The notes under the pieces are model-generated. The model ran no database searches and was not told the DNA's origin. It saw only the letters and a list, made by a program, of their open reading frames with translations. A stretch of DNA of 64,000 nt from Myxococcota bacterium (GTDB lineage: Bacteria; Myxococcota_A; UBA9160; JAFDDA01): positions 3,744,001 to 3,808,000 of the forward strand of contig OZ245817.1 in NCBI GenBank assembly GCA_965228475.1, read 5' to 3'. Positions 60,643-64,000 of the stretch are shown here, piece after piece. Position 1 is the first letter of the stretch. Each line of letters starts with the position of its first letter. The position numbers and the translations under genes were made by a program.

Positions 60643-62949
60643 ATGGCGACACTCGAGCCCCCCATCGCCACCGGCAAGAACGTTCGCCGGGGGATCGATA
60701 CGATCCCCCGGCGACGACTTCTGGTGGACCGCTGGAATCGGCGCCTGATCTCGGTGGGCGGCCAGGCGGTGATCGCCCTGATCCTCGCCATGTTCGTGTT
60801 CCTGGTGATCGAGGCCTTCCCGCTCTCCCAGGGCGCCACGATCGTCCCCAAGAGCGAGATGTCGGTGCCGGACGCACCCCGGGTGGTCCGGCTCGACACC
60901 CACCAGACCCATGCCGCCGCCCTCGCGGCCGACGGCACGCTCCGGGTCCTGCGCCTCGCCGACGGGGAACTCGTGCTGGAGCGGTCGCTTCTGGCGACCG
61001 GCGCCTCCACACCCGCCTCCGCTCCCGAGACGGCGGCGGAACCTGCAGCCGAGGCGGAGGCCTTGGCCGAAACGGTGCCGGCTTCCGTCCAGGCCATCTT
61101 CCCGACCCCGAAGGACCAGCCCTTCCTGCTCGGGACGTCGGATGGCCGCGTCGTGGCCGCCGAGCTCGCCTTCGAGATCGAGTTCGAGAACAACCAGCGG
61201 ATCGTCGAGCCCGCGCTCCGCGAACCCACCGTCTACACCCTCGACCCGACGGGCGCCCCGGTCCGGATCGCGACCCTCCGCGCGGGCGACGAACGAACCA
61301 CCGTGGTCGGTCAGCTCGCGGGCGGGGAGATCGCGATGCTCCGCATCGCGGTCGAAGAGAACCTCTTCACCGGGGAACGGACCGAGACCGTCGAGCGCAC
61401 GGTCCTCGAGGGCGACCTCGCCCTGACCCACCTCCTCCTCGACCCCGACCAGCGTTCCCTGTACGGGGCGACGGCGGCGGGGGAGCTGGCCTGGTGGGAC
61501 CTCGACGGGGGCCCGGCGCCGGTCGAGATCCTCCGCGCCAACGCCGTCGAGATCACCTCGGCGACCCTCTTGAAGGGGGGGCGCACCCTCGTCGTCGGCC
61601 GCGCCGACGGGACGATCGAGAACTACTTCCGGATCCGCCGCGGCTTGAGCGAGAACCTGACCCTCGTTCGAGAGCTCGAGCCCCTGAACGCCGCCGTGAC
61701 CCACCTCGTCGCGTCGGATCGGGACCGCAGCCTGCTCGCGATGAGCGCGAAGGACACCGGCGCCCTCTACTTCGCGACCTCGGGCCGCACCCTGTGGAGC
61801 GGCCTGTCGCCGATCGCGGGCACCAGCGCCGTCACCCTCGCCCCGAAGGGCGACGCCGCGATCTTCGGCGGCACCGGCGGCATGGCCTCCCTCGAGATCG
61901 ACAACCCGCACCCCGAAGTCTCCTGGAAGACCTACTTCGGCCGGCTCTGGTACGAAGGGTCGGAAAAGGCCGAAGCGATCTGGCAGTCGACCGGTGGCAC
62001 CGACGACTTCGAGTCCAAGCTCGGACTGCTTCCGCTCCTGTTCGGCACCTTGAAGGGGACGATCTACTCCCTCTTCCTCGCCGTGCCGATCGCGATCCTC
62101 GGGGCGATGTACACCTCGCAGTTCGTCCACCCGAGCTTCCAGCGCATCGTGAAGCCGACCGTGGAGATGATGGCCTCGCTGCCGAGCGTCGTGCTCGGCC
62201 TGGTGGCGGGCCTCTGGCTGGCCCCGCGCCTCGAAGACCACTTCCCCGCCCTCGTGCTGATGCTCATGGCGACACCGTTCATGCTGATCGCCGCCGGCGC
62301 GGTGTGGAGCGCTGCCCCGGCCGCCCTTCGCGCCCGCCTGCCGAACGGCTCGGAGGTCATCTGGTTCGCGGTGGTGCTGGTGGCCGGCTGGGCCGGGATC
62401 ATCCAGGCGGGGCCCTGGTTCGAAGCGGTCCTGTTCGGCGGCGACTACCAGGCCTGGCTCTTCGAGACCCTCGACCTGCGCTACGACCAGCGCAACGCGG
62501 CGGTCGTCGGGATCGCCATGGGCTTCGCCGTCATTCCGATCATCTTCTCGATCGCGGAGGACGCCTTCTCGAGCGTCCCCCAGACGCTCGCCGCCGGTTC
62601 CCTGGCCCTCGGCGCAAACCGATGGGAGACGGTGACCCAGGTCGTCCTGCCGACGGCGAGCCCGGCGATCTTCTCGGCCGTCATGGTCGGCCTTGGCCGC
62701 GCCGTCGGTGAGACGATGATCGTGCTGATGGCGACGGGCAACACGCCGATCATGGATTGGAGCGTGTTCAACGGCTTCCGCACGCTCTCGGCGAACATCG
62801 CCGTCGAGATCCCCGAGGCACCCCACGGCGGAACGCTCTACCGAACCCTCTTCCTGACGGCGCTCATCCTGTTCGCCTTCACCTTCGTGATCAACACGCT
62901 GGCGGAACTCGTGCGGGTCCGGCTGCGCCGGAAGTTCGGGAGGCTCTGA
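60643..62949 (+). CDS. pstC: Phosphate ABC permease PstC with a large extracytoplasmic insertion
   Basis: GTLKGT, KPTVEMMASLPSVVLG, GSLALGANRWET, GRAVGETMIVLMATGN, RTLSANIAVEIPEA. Confidence 0.93.
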   Translation: MATLEPPIATGKNVRRGIDTIPRRRLLVDRWNRRLISVGGQAVIALILAMFVFLVIEAFPLSQGATIVPKSEMSVPDAPRVVRLDTHQTHAAALAADGTLRVLRLADGELVLERSLLATGASTPASAPETAAEPAAEAEALAETVPASVQAIFPTPKDQPFLLGTSDGRVVAAELAFEIEFENNQRIVEPALREPTVYTLDPTGAPVRIATLRAGDERTTVVGQLAGGEIAMLRIAVEENLFTGERTETVERTVLEGDLALTHLLLDPDQRSLYGATAAGELAWWDLDGGPAPVEILRANAVEITSATLLKGGRTLVVGRADGTIENYFRIRRGLSENLTLVRELEPLNAAVTHLVASDRDRSLLAMSAKDTGALYFATSGRTLWSGLSPIAGTSAVTLAPKGDAAIFGGTGGMASLEIDNPHPEVSWKTYFGRLWYEGSEKAEAIWQSTGGTDDFESKLGLLPLLFGTLKGTIYSLFLAVPIAILGAMYTSQFVHPSFQRIVKPTVEMMASLPSVVLGLVAGLWLAPRLEDHFPALVLMLMATPFMLIAAGAVWSAAPAALRARLPNGSEVIWFAVVLVAGWAGIIQAGPWFEAVLFGGDYQAWLFETLDLRYDQRNAAVVGIAMGFAVIPIIFSIAEDAFSSVPQTLAAGSLALGANRWETVTQVVLPTASPAIFSAVMVGLGRAVGETMIVLMATGNTPIMDWSVFNGFRTLSANIAVEIPEAPHGGTLYRTLFLTALILFAFTFVINTLAELVRVRLRRKFGRL

Positions 62950-64000
62950 TGGAGGACGTCTCCAAGGCGGCCGTGCGCAAGCGGAATGCCATCTCCCAGG
63001 TCATGGTCAGCCTGACCGGCGGCGCGCTCGCGGTCTCCATCGTGATGATCACGTCGCTCTTCGCACTGATCTCCGTCCAGGGCCTCGCGCACTTCTGGCC
63101 GGACGATCTCGTCGAGTTCACCTTCGAGGACGGAACGACCGTGCTCGGCGAGGTCCACGAGCGCAAGGTCAGCGAAGACCATCCGGAGGGGCGTCTGCGC
63201 CTCAAGATCGGCAACCGCGACCTCACCGGCCTCGATTTCCGATGGATCCGCGAGGCCGAGGTCACTTCCCGGGAGCTTCCTCGAGATGCTTCGGTCGTCG
63301 AGCGCCTCGAGTGGGGGAACTTCCACGGGCGCATCGTCGAACTCCGGCGCGGCGACGAGATCCTGGCGAGCGGCCCCGCGGCCCGTGAGGCTTTCGACGA
63401 GCTCCACGCCGAGAAGCTCGAAGCCGCGGAGGCGATGGACGAGTTCGCGAACGACGAGATCGGCGAGGTGAACCACCAGATCGAGGAGCTGCGGCTCGAC
63501 CTGCGCCGCATCGAACTCGCCGGGCTCAGCGTCGGCGAGACCCAGCGCCGCCAGCGCGAGGTCTCGGAGCGGACGGCCGAACTCGAGGCGGAGTACGCCG
63601 TCCTGGCCGATCGGCTCGTCGAGATGCGCGAGGATCTCGAGCACGAGACGATCGTGCTCGAGGCCGCGGGCGGCCGGCGGACCGAGATCCCCGTGGCCCA
63701 CGTGGTGCGCGTCTTCGAGCCCAACGCCCTGGGCGCCTTCGGCCGCCTGGCCCTCTTCGTGGAACGCGTCGGGGAGTTCATCTTCGCCGAGCCGCGCGAG
63801 TCGAACACCGAGGGCGGCGTCTTCCCGGCCATCTTCGGCACGGTCCTGATGGTCTTCCTGATGTCCCTCGCCGTCGTGCCCTTCGGCGTGGTCGCTGCGG
63901 TCTACCTGCGCGACTACGCGAAGGAGGGCCCGGTCGTCCAGCTCATCCGCATCGCGGTGAACAACCTCGCGGGCGTCCCCTCGATCGTGTTCGGCGTCTT
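62949..64000 (+). CDS. pstA: Phosphate ABC permease PstA, long form, truncated by the window end
   Basis: ATG overlaps the pstC stop; HFWP, EPRESNTEGGVFPAIFGTVLMV, IRIAVNNLAGVPSIVFGV; open to the end of the window. Confidence 0.92.
   Translation, partial: MEDVSKAAVRKRNAISQVMVSLTGGALAVSIVMITSLFALISVQGLAHFWPDDLVEFTFEDGTTVLGEVHERKVSEDHPEGRLRLKIGNRDLTGLDFRWIREAEVTSRELPRDASVVERLEWGNFHGRIVELRRGDEILASGPAAREAFDELHAEKLEAAEAMDEFANDEIGEVNHQIEELRLDLRRIELAGLSVGETQRRQREVSERTAELEAEYAVLADRLVEMREDLEHETIVLEAAGGRRTEIPVAHVVRVFEPNALGAFGRLALFVERVGEFIFAEPRESNTEGGVFPAIFGTVLMVFLMSLAVVPFGVVAAVYLRDYAKEGPVVQLIRIAVNNLAGVPSIVFGV

Overview
A very GC-rich (about 70% by eye), gene-dense chromosomal window from a flagellated Gram-negative bacterium. 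The gene content suggests an uncultured Myxococcota/Deltaproteobacteria-like lineage (inference only). I saw no rRNA, tRNA, CRISPR array or mobile element. The most interesting part is a ~22 kb locus (3942-25711). A leftward operon encodes three HlyD/MFP-type proteins (one GAF-like fusion, one fused to an M50 intramembrane metalloprotease with a PqqD/RRE-like N-terminus, one stand-alone) plus a C-terminally truncated SecA-like DEAD ATPase; no ABC transporter or TolC is present. Divergent from it is a 2654-aa LEPRxLL/DUF4347/cadherin-like/LamG protein. That gene is followed 2 nt later by a hybrid histidine kinase with three tandem HPt domains, then two REC-HPt proteins (one with the phospho-acceptor Asp replaced by Asn) and a REC-degenerate GGDEF-EAL phosphodiesterase. 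A sigma-28-like motif (TCAAG-N15-GCCGA(T/A)) recurs upstream of both arms of this locus, a sulfotransferase/acetyltransferase cluster and a diguanylate cyclase, whereas the flagellin gene has a consensus sigma-54 promoter. The rest of the window holds ilvBN, acetoacetate-CoA ligase, msrPQ, two amtB-glnK operons, pyk, lipid/steroid-type catabolic genes (crotonases, a CYP142-like P450, an F420-type LLM oxidoreductase), and phoU divergent from pstSCA with Pho-box arrays. All family assignments come from motif recognition by eye, not from database searches.
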